A DNA stretch of 63,675 bases, the filler included. It is 4 parts of 4 records of this genome, joined end to end, with 100 filler letters (N's around TTAATTAATTAA, not from the genome) between each part and the next. Parts side by side here need not be neighbours in the genome. Positions count along the whole stretch, not along the records: positions 20,426 to 52,130 come from SRR20825019_154; 3 more parts are not named here. One strand, written 5' to 3'. Under the pieces are notes generated by a model. The model was not told the DNA's origin. It made no database searches and saw nothing but the letters and a program-made list of their open reading frames with translations. Positions within the stretch are counted from its first letter, which is position 1. Each line of letters opens with the position of its first letter. This document shows, piece by piece, positions 21,008-31,082 of the stretch. The position numbers and the translations under genes were made by a program.

Positions 21008-21703
21008 TTATGGGCACCAGTAAACTGTCACCGGCGCGCCCGAGCGCAGCACGGCGCGGATCGGCATGTCTTCGACCGGCCCGTCACCCAGCGCGGCATC
21101 GAGCACCTCGGCCTTGCCATCGCCTTCAATGTGAAGGTAGAGGCCGTCGGTCTGAAGCAGGCGCGGCAGGGTAAAGGTCACCCGTGGCTCGCCGGCACCG
21201 GGTGCCCGGATCGCGAGGGTCGGGCCCGAGGCGGTCAGCGCCGCGTCTAACGTATCGCCGCCCGGAAAGAAGCTGGCCGTATGGCCATCGCTGCCCATGC
21301 CGAGAATGACCGCCGCAAAAGGCTGCGGCAGTTCGGACATCAGGGCGTTGGTCTTGGCAATTGCAGCGTCCGTCGGCTCTTCGCCGCCAGAATAGAGCGG
21401 GAAGAAACGCGCATTGGCAGCCGGCCCCTGCAGCATCTTTTCATTGACCAGCAGCGCATTGGAGCGATCGCTGGTTTCGTCGACCCAGCGCTCGTCGACC
21501 AGCGTCACTACTACCTTGGACCAGTCGAGGTCCTTGGTCTTGCCCAGGGTCTGGAAGAACTTTCCGGGCGTGGACCCACCCGAGACGGCTATAGCCGCTG
21601 CGCCGCGCTCTGCGATGGCTGCGCGGATGCGATCGGCAACGGACTCGGCCAGTTCCCTGGCGAGCGTGGCCTTGTCGGCGAAGCTGCGGCGCTCGATGCT
21701 CAC
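21008..21703 (-). CDS. pgl: 6-phosphogluconolactonase
   Basis: AVSGGSTP, VDERWV and LGMGSDGHTASFFP; lies between zwf and edd. Confidence 0.95.
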   Translation of the reverse strand: MSIERRSFADKATLARELAESVADRIRAAIAERGAAAIAVSGGSTPGKFFQTLGKTKDLDWSKVVVTLVDERWVDETSDRSNALLVNEKMLQGPAANARFFPLYSGGEEPTDAAIAKTNALMSELPQPFAAVILGMGSDGHTASFFPGGDTLDAALTASGPTLAIRAPGAGEPRVTFTLPRLLQTDGLYLHIEGDGKAEVLDAALGDGPVEDMPIRAVLRSGAPVTVYWCP

Positions 21704-23184
21704 GAGGTGGGCCCCTCATACCAGGTGCGGCCGTCGCGCTCGATCAACGCCACCGCGCCGCTGGGGCCCCAGGTGCCGGCCGTGTAGGTTTGCGGCGGCT
21801 CGGAGGACCGATCCCAGGCCTGGCGGATCGGATCGACCCATTGCCAGGCCGCTTCGAGTTCATCGCGGCGCATGAACAGGGTCTGGTTGCCGCGCACCAC
21901 GTCGAGCAGCAGCCGTTCATAGGCTTCGGGCGTGCGCTCGGTGAAAGTCTCGGCAAAGCTGAGATTGAGCGGCACCTGACGCAGGCGCATGCCGCCTGGG
22001 CCGGGATCCTTGATCATCATCATCATCTTGACGCCCTCATCGGGCTGGAGACGGATGATCAGCTTATTGGCCTTGGGCGCGCCTTCGGCATGGTCGAAGA
22101 TGGAGTGCGGGATGGGCTTGAACTGGATACAGATTTCCGAGACGCGCTCGGCCATGCGTTTGCCGGTGCGCAGGTAAAATGGCACGCCAGCCCAGCGCCA
22201 ATTGTCGATTTCGGCCTTGAGAGCCACGAAGGTCTCGGTGTGGCTGCCCTTCTTGTCGTCGGGCAATTCGTCCTGATAGCTCGCCACCGAGGCGGTCTCG
22301 GACTTCACGCCGCGATACTGGCCGCGCACGGTCTTGGCTGCCACTTCACCATTGGTGATGGGCCGCAGCGCCCGCAGCACCTTGAGCTTTTCATCGCGCA
22401 GGGCATTGGCGTCGTCACTGGCCGGCGGTTCCATGGCCACGAGACAGAGCAGCTGCAGCATGTGGTTCTGGATCATGTCCCGGAGGGCGCCACTTTCGTC
22501 ATAGTAGCCGCGCGTGCCGGCCCCCACGCTTTCGGCGACGGTCAACTGCACATGGTCGATATGAGCCGAATTCCAGATCGGTTCGAACAGGGTATTGGCA
22601 AAGCGCAGGGCCAGGAGGTTCTGCACCGTCTCCTTACCGAGATAGTGGTCGATGCGGTAAACCTGATCTTCCTTGAAGATCTTGGCAACGCCGTCGTTGA
22701 TCTCGATGGACGAGGCCAGGTCGTGCCCCAGCGGCTTTTCGATAACGACGCGCGCATCACGGCGATAGACGCCGGTCTTTTCGAGCTGCTCGGCAATCGG
22801 TTCGAACAGATCGGGCGCGACGGCCAGGTAGAAGGCCCGGACCACATTGGGATCGTCGCGCAGCGCCTTCTTGATGTCGCCCCAGCCGGCCTGGTCGGAG
22901 ACGTCATTGACTACATAGGAGAAGATGGTCAGGAAACGCTTGATGACGGCGGCGTCCTGATAGTCCTTCTCGACGAACTGGGCGACGGCGTCGCCGGCCA
23001 GTTTCTGGAACTCGGCATCGCTGAGCTTGGAGCGCGAGACGCCGATGATGCGGCTCTGCTCGTCGAACTGGCCATCCATGAAACGATGGTAGAGCGCCGG
23101 GATCAGCTTACGCTTGGTCAGGTCTCCGGTGGCGCCGAACACCACATAGTCGAAGGGCTGGACGGGAATGATGCGGCTGGACAA
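21700..23184 (-). CDS. zwf: Glucose-6-phosphate 1-dehydrogenase
   Basis: FGATGDL, RIDHYLGKE and WRWAGVPFYLRTGKR. Confidence 0.97.
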   Translation of the reverse strand: MSSRIIPVQPFDYVVFGATGDLTKRKLIPALYHRFMDGQFDEQSRIIGVSRSKLSDAEFQKLAGDAVAQFVEKDYQDAAVIKRFLTIFSYVVNDVSDQAGWGDIKKALRDDPNVVRAFYLAVAPDLFEPIAEQLEKTGVYRRDARVVIEKPLGHDLASSIEINDGVAKIFKEDQVYRIDHYLGKETVQNLLALRFANTLFEPIWNSAHIDHVQLTVAESVGAGTRGYYDESGALRDMIQNHMLQLLCLVAMEPPASDDANALRDEKLKVLRALRPITNGEVAAKTVRGQYRGVKSETASVASYQDELPDDKKGSHTETFVALKAEIDNWRWAGVPFYLRTGKRMAERVSEICIQFKPIPHSIFDHAEGAPKANKLIIRLQPDEGVKMMMMIKDPGPGGMRLRQVPLNLSFAETFTERTPEAYERLLLDVVRGNQTLFMRRDELEAAWQWVDPIRQAWDRSSEPPQTYTAGTWGPSGAVALIERDGRTWYEGPTS

Positions 23185-23197
23185 AGCGGGAAGTCCC

Positions 23198-24148
23198 TTA
23201 GTTTGACGCGAAATTCTGTTTGGCGAGGATCACCGCGCCATGCAGAGGTTCGTATTTGGGCAAAGCGACAAAGTCACCATAGTGTTGTTGCAAAATCGGG
23301 AACAGGCGCTGCCCCAACCCGCCAACTATCGCCATGACCGAAGCGCCATGGCTCTTGAACCAGTTCACATAGGTGTCGATGTAGCCAATCTGGATGGCTA
23401 GCAGCTTCTGGGCCACCGGGTCGTTCTTTTCGAGATGGTCGAACCAGAGCGGCATCAATTTGCCGAATTCGCCCGGCGCGCGGCCCACAAGGGCGTCGTC
23501 GCAGCCTTCCGATCCATCCCGGCTCAGCAGCTTGAGATCCATTTCGGTGGCGAAGGACCAGGTCATGGCGGCCTGGTTGTTGCCACCCAACTCGTTGATT
23601 ACCGCCTTGGTGAGCGGCGAGGCTTCGACAAGGCCATCCTCGGCCTCGACGGCATAGCGCACCAGTTCACGGCCGAGAATCGCGCCGCTCATCTGGTCAC
23701 CGATGTGGAAGCCCCAGCCACCAGCCTGGTGGCGCGTGCCGTTGACGATAGACATGGCGGCAGAGCCGGTACCGATGATGACGACACCACCTTCTGCGCC
23801 ACCCAGGGCGCCGGCATGGGCGATGTCAATATCGTCATAGACTTTCACCCCGGCAAAGGGCCAGGGGCGGGCCGCAAAGGCATCGCGTGCCGAATCCATT
23901 CGGCCACCAGCCATGCCGAAACAGGCATGGGTGTTTGCCGCTTCGGAAAAATCGATTCCGGCCGCCTTGAACACGTCCCGAGCGCCGGCGCTGATAGCCT
24001 TGTAGGCCGGTTCACCGCCGTCGATCTGCAGGTTCGAGCGGCCATTCTTGACCTCTGCCAGCGTTTCCAGATGTTCATTGGCGAGGCGCACGCGGCAATT
24101 GGTGCCACCACCGTCAACGCCAAGATAATATCGCGGCACGAGAGGCAT
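23198..24148 (-). CDS. BadF/BadG/BcrA/BcrD-family sugar kinase (GlcN/GlcNAc kinase-like)
   Basis: LGVDGGGTNCR, IIGTGS and GGWGFHIGDQMSG. Confidence 0.85.
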   Translation of the reverse strand: MPLVPRYYLGVDGGGTNCRVRLANEHLETLAEVKNGRSNLQIDGGEPAYKAISAGARDVFKAAGIDFSEAANTHACFGMAGGRMDSARDAFAARPWPFAGVKVYDDIDIAHAGALGGAEGGVVIIGTGSAAMSIVNGTRHQAGGWGFHIGDQMSGAILGRELVRYAVEAEDGLVEASPLTKAVINELGGNNQAAMTWSFATEMDLKLLSRDGSEGCDDALVGRAPGEFGKLMPLWFDHLEKNDPVAQKLLAIQIGYIDTYVNWFKSHGASVMAIVGGLGQRLFPILQQHYGDFVALPKYEPLHGAVILAKQNFASN

Positions 24149-24420
24149 CTCCGTGGGTGTGAGGAAAATTGAAGGCAGCAGGCGAAAGCCGTGCCTCACT
24201 TCTCCCAAACTAGGTGGTCAATTCGGCGCGGACCATAATGCGAAAGGCGCTAAGACGAAAGTAGTAGGCACCAAGAAAATGGCATTGCCTAGCCGACAGG
24301 CCGCATGCGCCCCTTGCGCAAGGCGCGAAGCAGGGGAACGCCTTGCAAGCCGGACACGTTTGAGGCGAAGGTATCCGTCACGGGAAAAGGGCAGCGGCGC
24401 GGCCCGACAGAGGATTGACC

Positions 24421-24957
24421 ATGACACGACATTGCCTGGTCCTGGGCGGCGCTCGCTCGGGAAAAACCGCCTTTGCGGAGAGGCTGGCGCTGCATGCCGG
24501 CTCAAAGCCCGCCTATCTGGCCACAGCCAGCGTCCTCGACTCGGAAATGCATGACCGGGTCCGCAGTCATCAGGCCAGCCGGGGTGAGCGTTTCACCACG
24601 ATTGAGGAGCCCGTCGAACTCTCCCATGCCCTGCTCAAGGCCGCCAAGGTGCATGATGTCATCCTTGTCGATTGCCTGACCTTGTGGATCACCAACCTAC
24701 TGCTGGCCAATGATGATGTTGCCACGGCAGTCAGCGAACTCTATGCGACCCTGGAAGAAATCCAGCAGGCCAAGGTGATCCTTGTGTCCAATGAAGTGGG
24801 CCTGGGAATCGTACCCGACAACGCCATGGCCCGGACCTTCCGCGACCTAGCCGGCTCCGCACACCAGAGGCTGGCCGAGATCTGTGACGATGTCTATTTC
24901 ATCGCCGCGGGACTGCCGCTGACCATGAAGGGGGATACCCCCGGCACGCTCAGCTAA
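24421..24957 (+). CDS. cobP: Adenosylcobinamide kinase / cobinamide-phosphate guanylyltransferase
   Basis: LGGARSGKT, VDCLTLW and VSNEVGLGIVP. Confidence 0.94.
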   Translation: MTRHCLVLGGARSGKTAFAERLALHAGSKPAYLATASVLDSEMHDRVRSHQASRGERFTTIEEPVELSHALLKAAKVHDVILVDCLTLWITNLLLANDDVATAVSELYATLEEIQQAKVILVSNEVGLGIVPDNAMARTFRDLAGSAHQRLAEICDDVYFIAAGLPLTMKGDTPGTLS

Positions 24958-25912
24958 GCAGAACCATCAGCGCCAAGAGACAGCTCACCCCTAGAAGCAC
25001 GTCAAGCGTGCGGCGATAGAGCAGCAGCGCCAGCAGGATATCGCTTGGCCCGAGACTGGACTTGCCAGTGCCGAATGCCGGCAGATCGACCACGTCCCCA
25101 TCATAAGCCCTGGGACCGCCAAGCTGGAAATTCAATGCGCCGGCAAAGCTGGCTTCGGGCCAGCCGGCGTTGGGCGAATCGTGTTTGGACGCATCGCGTC
25201 GCGCCGTCGCCCAGGCACTGCCCGGACTTGCTCCGGGCGTGAGAAAGCATGCCGCCGTAATGAGCACCGCGCTGAGGCGTGCCGGTATCCAGTTGAGCAC
25301 ATCGTCCAGCCTGGCAGCGGCCCAGCCATAGTCACGATAGCGCTCGTCGAGGTGGCCGATCATCGAATCGGCTGTGTTGACCGCCTTGTAGACGGCGATA
25401 CCCGGCAGACCGAGCAGGACCAGGAACAACCATGGCGCAACAATGCCATCGGAGGTGCTTTCGGCCAAGGTTTCGACAGCGGCACGGGCCACGCCGGCCT
25501 CATCAAGCGCCTGGGGATCGCGGCCGACAATATGGCTGACAGCCTCTCGACCAGCGGCCAGGGAGGTACGCAGTGCCTCCGAGACGGCCTCGACGGCGCG
25601 ACCCAACTCCTTCTGCGCCAGAAAAGCGGTGGCCAGCAGCATCTCGATGACCCAACCCAGGGGGATCCAGGACAGAATTGTGCGGATGCCGACAGTGATG
25701 ATGAGAACGGACAGGACCAGCAGGACCAGCGCAATAAGGCCCGCCAGCTTGCGCTGCGTTGGGGTTCGGCTAGTGGTGTTCAGCCGTTCCTCGCAGAAAC
25801 TGATCAGCTTGCCGAACCACATGACCGGGTGGCCGATGGTTTCAACCAGCTTTTGCGGATAGCCAAGCTGGCGTTCAATGGCCAGGGCCAGTGGGGAAAT
25901 CAGCGGGTCCAT
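24950..25912 (-). CDS. cbiB: Adenosylcobinamide-phosphate synthase (CbiB/CobD)
   Basis: HPV, IVGRD, ESTSDG, YKAVNTADSMIG and SPNAGWPEA. Confidence 0.95.
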   Translation of the reverse strand: MDPLISPLALAIERQLGYPQKLVETIGHPVMWFGKLISFCEERLNTTSRTPTQRKLAGLIALVLLVLSVLIITVGIRTILSWIPLGWVIEMLLATAFLAQKELGRAVEAVSEALRTSLAAGREAVSHIVGRDPQALDEAGVARAAVETLAESTSDGIVAPWLFLVLLGLPGIAVYKAVNTADSMIGHLDERYRDYGWAAARLDDVLNWIPARLSAVLITAACFLTPGASPGSAWATARRDASKHDSPNAGWPEASFAGALNFQLGGPRAYDGDVVDLPAFGTGKSSLGPSDILLALLLYRRTLDVLLGVSCLLALMVLLS

Positions 25913-25915
25913 GTC

Positions 25916-27373
25916 TCAGGTCTCTATCGGTTCGGCCAGGGCCAGGAGCTGGTCGATATCGATATGGGTTTCGAGATGGCGCGCGAGACCATCGAGGGCG
26001 TCTTCCACGCCTGCTTCATAATCAAGGTCCAGGCCGGCGGACGTCCCCAGAAAGGCGCGACGAAATCGATCAACGGCAAACAGACCGTGCAGATAGGTGC
26101 CGGAAACGCGACCGTCGGCGCTGACGGCACCGTCGGTCTCACTGCCAATTCGAGCGAATGGCCGCGCCGTATCGGGGCCGCTCGTGATGCCCATGTGCAT
26201 GTGATAGCCGGCAAGGGCTTCGCCGCTGGCCAGATGGATGGCCCGCTCGGTGCGCAACTGTTTGGTTGGGGCGAGCACGGTATCGACCGCAAGCAACCCC
26301 AGGCCTTCGCTGGTGCCGGGTGTGCCTTCGATGCCATCCGGGTCAGCTATGGTTCGGCCCAGCATCTGGTAGCCGCCACAAATTCCGATGACGCGTCCAC
26401 CGGCCCGATAATGGGCAAGAATATCGATGTCCCAGCCATTGGCGCGCAGCGCGGCTAGGTCGGACCGCGTGGCCTTGGAACCCGGCAGCAAGATGAGATC
26501 TGCGTCACGCGGAAGCGTTTGCCCCGGCTGCACCAGGGTCAGTGTCACACCGGGTTCGGCCCGCAGGGGATCAAGGTCGTCGAAATTGGCGATACGCGGC
26601 AGGCGGGGAACAGCTATGTGGAATGGACCGTCGCCGCCGGCATAGTTCTCGAGCGCCAATGCGTCTTCAGCCGGCAGCCTGGCGGCGTCCGCGAAATACG
26701 GCACCGGACCAAAGCAGGGCAATCCAGTGCGCTCAGAGAGAAACGCCCGTCCTGTTTCAAACAAAGTTGGATCGCCGAAGAATTTGTTGATGAGGCTGGC
26801 TCGGACCAGAGCAGCGTCGCCGGGTGCAATGACGGCCAGAGTGCCCACGATGGAGGCGATAACCCCGCCGCGATGGATGTCGCCAATCAAGACAACGGGG
26901 ACATTTGCAGCCCGGGCAAAGCCGAAATTGGCAATATCGCCGGCGCGTAAATTGACCTCGGAGGCGCTGCCTGCTCCCTCGACCAGCACGATGTCCGCAT
27001 CTGTGGCCAGCTCTGAAAAGGCGGCGAGAACCTCTGGCAGCAATTGTCCGCGATCGGTCCAGTATTGCCGGGCGCTGAGGCTGACACGACGTTGGCCGCG
27101 CACCACCACTTGCGAACCTGTTTCGCCCTCGGGCTTCAAGAGCACCGGGTTCATTGCCGTTATTGGATCGCGGCGAGCAGCGCGGGCCTGCAAGGCCTGG
27201 GCACGGCCGATTTCGCCGCCATCTTCGGTGACGGCGGCATTATTGCTCATGTTCTGCGGTTTGAACGGCGCGACGGCGAGGCCGCGATTGGCCAGGACGC
27301 GGCAGAGGCCAGCGACGATAAGGGACTTTCCGACGTCGGAGCCTGTGCCCATGAACATCAAGGCTTTGGTCAT
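25916..27373 (-). CDS. cobQ: Cobyric acid synthase
   Basis: [29 protein letters not shown] and GTYLHG. Confidence 0.96.
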   Translation of the reverse strand: MTKALMFMGTGSDVGKSLIVAGLCRVLANRGLAVAPFKPQNMSNNAAVTEDGGEIGRAQALQARAARRDPITAMNPVLLKPEGETGSQVVVRGQRRVSLSARQYWTDRGQLLPEVLAAFSELATDADIVLVEGAGSASEVNLRAGDIANFGFARAANVPVVLIGDIHRGGVIASIVGTLAVIAPGDAALVRASLINKFFGDPTLFETGRAFLSERTGLPCFGPVPYFADAARLPAEDALALENYAGGDGPFHIAVPRLPRIANFDDLDPLRAEPGVTLTLVQPGQTLPRDADLILLPGSKATRSDLAALRANGWDIDILAHYRAGGRVIGICGGYQMLGRTIADPDGIEGTPGTSEGLGLLAVDTVLAPTKQLRTERAIHLASGEALAGYHMHMGITSGPDTARPFARIGSETDGAVSADGRVSGTYLHGLFAVDRFRRAFLGTSAGLDLDYEAGVEDALDGLARHLETHIDIDQLLALAEPIET

Positions 27374-27404
27374 GCAGCACCCCGCCTTTCGAGCTTAGCT
27401 CTCA

Positions 27405-27453
27405 TGGCCCTCCCCTCCAATCGCGCCACTGGCGCGATTGGAGGGGAGGGCCA
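27405..27453. repeat. Perfect 24-bp inverted repeat (REP-like palindrome)
   Basis: TGGCCCTCCCCTCCAATCGCGCCA-C-TGGCGCGATTGGAGGGGAGGGCCA. Confidence 0.9.
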
Positions 27454-27493
27454 GCGCTTAGCCATGAACATCGATGCCTTGGTCATGCTGTTC

Positions 27494-28789
27494 TTATGGC
27501 GCACAGATGACGTGGGCGTAAGACCCCATCACCCGCCCAAGCACCGCGCCCATGGGTGGCTGGCGGATGCCTTCTGCATCCAGCGCCTCAAAGAGGGTTG
27601 GCAGACCGGAGCCTTTGGCCGACGAATAGTGAAACTCGTGACCATTGAGCCCTGATGGCCAGGGCAAGGGGCTCTGGTGCAGGAGGCGACGATAGCCGAG
27701 CACTCGTTTTGGCCGGTCGATGCGTGTCGCTACCGGCAGGAGACCTGACATGGCATGGGTGGTGCCGGCCTTGTCGACAATCCCCTGCCCCAGCACCATG
27801 AAGCCACCGCATTCGCCATAGATCAACGCGTCGCGATCTCGCGCGGCGACCAGGCCGGCATGGAATGCGGAAGCGCTCGCCAGCACGCCGCCATGCAGTT
27901 CGGGATAGCCGCCTGGCAGAAAGACGGCATCGGCAGCCAGGGACGGCCCCTCATCGGCCAGAGGCGAGAAGAAGCTTAGTTCCGCGCCCTGGGCGCGCCA
28001 GCCATCGAGCAGATGCGGATAGACAAAAGCAAAGGCTGTGTCGCGGGCAATGGCAATGTGCTGACCCAATGGCGGCAGGGCCACAGGTGGCGCGGCGTGG
28101 CTCTGCATGGGCGCGGCAAGGGCAAGCAGGCCATCAAGATCGACAAAGTCGGAAGTTGCCTGAGCGGCGTAATCGAGGAAGCTTTCGAAGCCGCCGGACT
28201 CCTCGGGGAGCACGAGGCCCAGATGCCGTTCCGGCGTGACCAGTTCGGATCGGCGTGGGATGGCGCCGAGAAGGGGAAGCCCCGTTTCCCGCAGCGCCGA
28301 GACCAGCATGCGCTCGTGGCGGGCGCTGGCGACACGATTGAGAATTACACCGGCGACGGTAACGCCCGGTCGCCATTGGGCAAAGCCCGATACCAGAGGG
28401 GCAACGGATTGGCTGTGGCGGTCGGCGTCGACAACAAGGATCACCGGCAGACCAAGAGTTTCCGCCAGATCACCGGTGGAGCCCTGTCCATCCGCAGATG
28501 CGTCGAACAGGCCCATGGCCCCTTCGATGAGCAGAAGATTGGCTCCTGTTGCCTGCTGGTCGGCCAAAGCACGCAACTGATCCTGCGGCATGGCCCAAGG
28601 GTCGAGATTGATGGCCTCTCGTCCCGGGGCGCGCCCGGAAAAATGCGGGTCGATATAGTCGGGCCCGGATTTTGCGGGCGCCACCACGAGACCCCGCCGA
28701 CGCAGGGCCGCAAGCAGGCCAAGCGTAATCACCGTCTTGCCGGAGCCCGAGCGCGGTGCCGAAACGACCAATCCCCTAGCCAAAGACAT
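27494..28789 (-). CDS. cobB: Hydrogenobyrinate/cobyrinate a,c-diamide synthase
   Basis: SGSGKT, KSGPDYIDP, PERHLGL, PGGYPELH, YGECGG and HEFHYS. Confidence 0.95.
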   Translation of the reverse strand: MSLARGLVVSAPRSGSGKTVITLGLLAALRRRGLVVAPAKSGPDYIDPHFSGRAPGREAINLDPWAMPQDQLRALADQQATGANLLLIEGAMGLFDASADGQGSTGDLAETLGLPVILVVDADRHSQSVAPLVSGFAQWRPGVTVAGVILNRVASARHERMLVSALRETGLPLLGAIPRRSELVTPERHLGLVLPEESGGFESFLDYAAQATSDFVDLDGLLALAAPMQSHAAPPVALPPLGQHIAIARDTAFAFVYPHLLDGWRAQGAELSFFSPLADEGPSLAADAVFLPGGYPELHGGVLASASAFHAGLVAARDRDALIYGECGGFMVLGQGIVDKAGTTHAMSGLLPVATRIDRPKRVLGYRRLLHQSPLPWPSGLNGHEFHYSSAKGSGLPTLFEALDAEGIRQPPMGAVLGRVMGSYAHVICAP

Positions 28790-29588
28790 GCCTCCGCACT
28801 TCGCCGACATACCAGTCCAAATTGGCGCGATAGCGCGCCACCGGCCCGATGACGACTATGGCCGGGGTCGGGACATCGGTCAGAGTACCGATCGCGTCAA
28901 GGGTCGTTTCAAGGATGCTCTGTTCGGGGCGAGCGACATTGGAGACGATGGTCACCGCCTCGCCCGGCGCCCGACCCGCGTCAATGAGCTGAGCAGCGAT
29001 GAGCGGCAAGTGCTTGACCGCCATGAACAGGACGATCACCGGCGCGGCGCGGGCCACGGCAGGCCAGTCGACCGCACTCGGGACCGCGCCAGTCTCATCA
29101 TGGCCGGTTATGAAGATGACCGCGTGGTTGGTATCACGATGCGTAACCGGGAGGCCCGCATAGGCGAGCCCGCCGAGGCCCGCGGAAATGCCCGGCACAA
29201 TGCGAAAAGGAATTCCAGCCCTGACGAGGGCCGTGGCTTCTTCACCGCCGCGGCCGAACATGAATGGGTCGCCACCCTTCAACCGCAGGACGCGCTTGCC
29301 CTCGCGCGCCAGCTCGATCAACCGAATGGTGATGTCGGCCTGCTTTGGCGAAGGCTTGCCGCCGCGCTTGCCGGCATGAATGCGGGTGACATGATCCGGT
29401 GTCAGCGCCAGAATATCCGTAGACACCAGTGCGTCGTAGACGATCACATCGGCTTGTCCCAGAGCGTGCCAGGCCAGCAGGGTCAGCAGGCCCGGCCCGC
29501 CCGGCCCCGAACCGACGAGCCAGACAGAGCCGGGCGCAAAGGTTGGGAAATCGGCATTGGCAAGCATTGCGAGGTGACGTTCAGTCAT
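28776..29588 (-). CDS. cobA: Uroporphyrinogen-III C-methyltransferase
   Basis: VWLVGSGPGGPGLLT and RLKGGDPFMFGRGGEE. Confidence 0.94.
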   Translation of the reverse strand: MTERHLAMLANADFPTFAPGSVWLVGSGPGGPGLLTLLAWHALGQADVIVYDALVSTDILALTPDHVTRIHAGKRGGKPSPKQADITIRLIELAREGKRVLRLKGGDPFMFGRGGEEATALVRAGIPFRIVPGISAGLGGLAYAGLPVTHRDTNHAVIFITGHDETGAVPSAVDWPAVARAAPVIVLFMAVKHLPLIAAQLIDAGRAPGEAVTIVSNVARPEQSILETTLDAIGTLTDVPTPAIVVIGPVARYRANLDWYVGEVRRHVFG

Positions 29589-29658
29589 TGCATCTCGCAT
29601 GACCTTGAGTGCGAAGACGCGGACGGGCAGAGTGAGGTCGGGCAGCGAAAGACAAACG

Positions 29659-30390
29659 ATGAAAATCCTGATCCTGGGAGGAACCGCCGAGGCACGGGAA
29701 CTGGCCAACAGGCTTGTCGGCGCCGGCCATGAGGTTATCACCTCGCTGGCGGGACGCACCCAGGATCCCATCCTGCCCAACGGGCAATTGCGGATGGGGC
29801 CCTTTGGCGGCATTCCTGGGCTTTGCGCCTACCTGCGCACCGCCTGCATCGATCGGCTGGTCGATGCCACCCACCCCTATGCCGGGCAGATCTCCATAAA
29901 CGCCGTGGCGGCGGCCCGAGCCAGCGGCATCAAGCTGCTGCGCCTGATGCGGCCGGCCTGGGCGCCACTGCCAGAGCAGCAATGGACCATTGTGGGATCG
30001 GCGCGCGAAGCGGCCGATGCCCTGCCACCCAATGCCAATGCGCTGCTCACGACCGGACATACCGGGCTCGAGCTGTTCCTTGAGCGTCGGGACTGCCAGA
30101 TTTTTGCGCGTGTCATTGCGGCGCCGGATGCGCCTTTGCCTGCCCATGCAGCTTTGATCGTCAGCCGCCCGCCCTATCGGCTGGGCGATGAGATTGCCCT
30201 GATGCGCCGTCATGGCATTACCCATCTGGTCAGCAAGAACTCGGGCGGCGGACAAACCGCGGCCAAGCTCGAGGCGGCGCAGCAATTGGGCGTTCGCGTG
30301 GTGATGATCGAGCGCCCCATTTATGGTCCCGCCGATGAGGTCGACAGCGTCGAGGCGGCCCTGGAAGCACTCGACTGCCCTGGCCCCTGA
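29659..30390 (+). CDS. cobK: Precorrin-6A reductase
   Basis: ILILGGTAEA, DATHPYA and SKNSGG. Confidence 0.94.
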   Translation: MKILILGGTAEARELANRLVGAGHEVITSLAGRTQDPILPNGQLRMGPFGGIPGLCAYLRTACIDRLVDATHPYAGQISINAVAAARASGIKLLRLMRPAWAPLPEQQWTIVGSAREAADALPPNANALLTTGHTGLELFLERRDCQIFARVIAAPDAPLPAHAALIVSRPPYRLGDEIALMRRHGITHLVSKNSGGGQTAAKLEAAQQLGVRVVMIERPIYGPADEVDSVEAALEALDCPGP

Positions 30391-30794
30391 AACCGATCCA
30401 ATCGCGCAAGGGCACATGTCACGCTCGCGCTGCGACGCTTTTGGAGCAGCAGGGGGCCGAACTGCATGGCCGCGGCTTCCGCAACCGAGCTGGCGCCAAT
30501 GTGATGGCGGACACGCTGCGAGGGATTGGGCACATCAGCTGTAAGCTGGGTCGCAACAACCGGCAGGATGGGCACACCGAGGGCTGATGCAGCCTGGCGC
30601 AGGGCGGGGTGCGTCTGCTTAATGTCCAGTGTCGCCAGCGCCGCGACATCTGCCCTGGCAAGACCCGCCTCTGCCAGGCATGTGTCGATCAATTGCAGGA
30701 TTTCGCTGCCCTGAGCACCTGCACGCAAGCCGATGCCGGCGACAATGCCGGTCGCTGCTGACCCCGCAAATGGGTCTGAAGAAGAATCAATCAT
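30321..30794 (-). CDS. cobE: CobE / CbiG C-terminal domain protein
   Basis: VAGIGLR, PSQRV and SVAEAAA...VTCALA. Overlaps the 3' end of cobK. Confidence 0.82.
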   Translation of the reverse strand: MIDSSSDPFAGSAATGIVAGIGLRAGAQGSEILQLIDTCLAEAGLARADVAALATLDIKQTHPALRQAASALGVPILPVVATQLTADVPNPSQRVRHHIGASSVAEAAAMQFGPLLLQKRRSASVTCALARLDRFQGPGQSSASRAASTLSTSSAGP

Positions 30795-31082
30795 CTTTGC
30801 CTCGTTCGAACGAGGCAGCTTCACTCAAAAACCGGAGCAGCCCCGGGCTTGGTCCCGCAATTTGGTCGACCGCACCGAGATCTGTTTCAGTTCCATCAAG
30901 GGAACACTGCGCTGTCGCCGGTTCTAGGCCCGACAAAGTTCTTGGTCAATCAATGGCTTGGCCCTGGTATCGGCACAGCGACCAGCAGTTACAAATGCTT
31001 CTGAAAATCGTTCGCAAATACAATGACTTGCGACCCAGCGACGGGTCCGCTATGGCCAATATTCAAGACCAAGGAGAGCACA

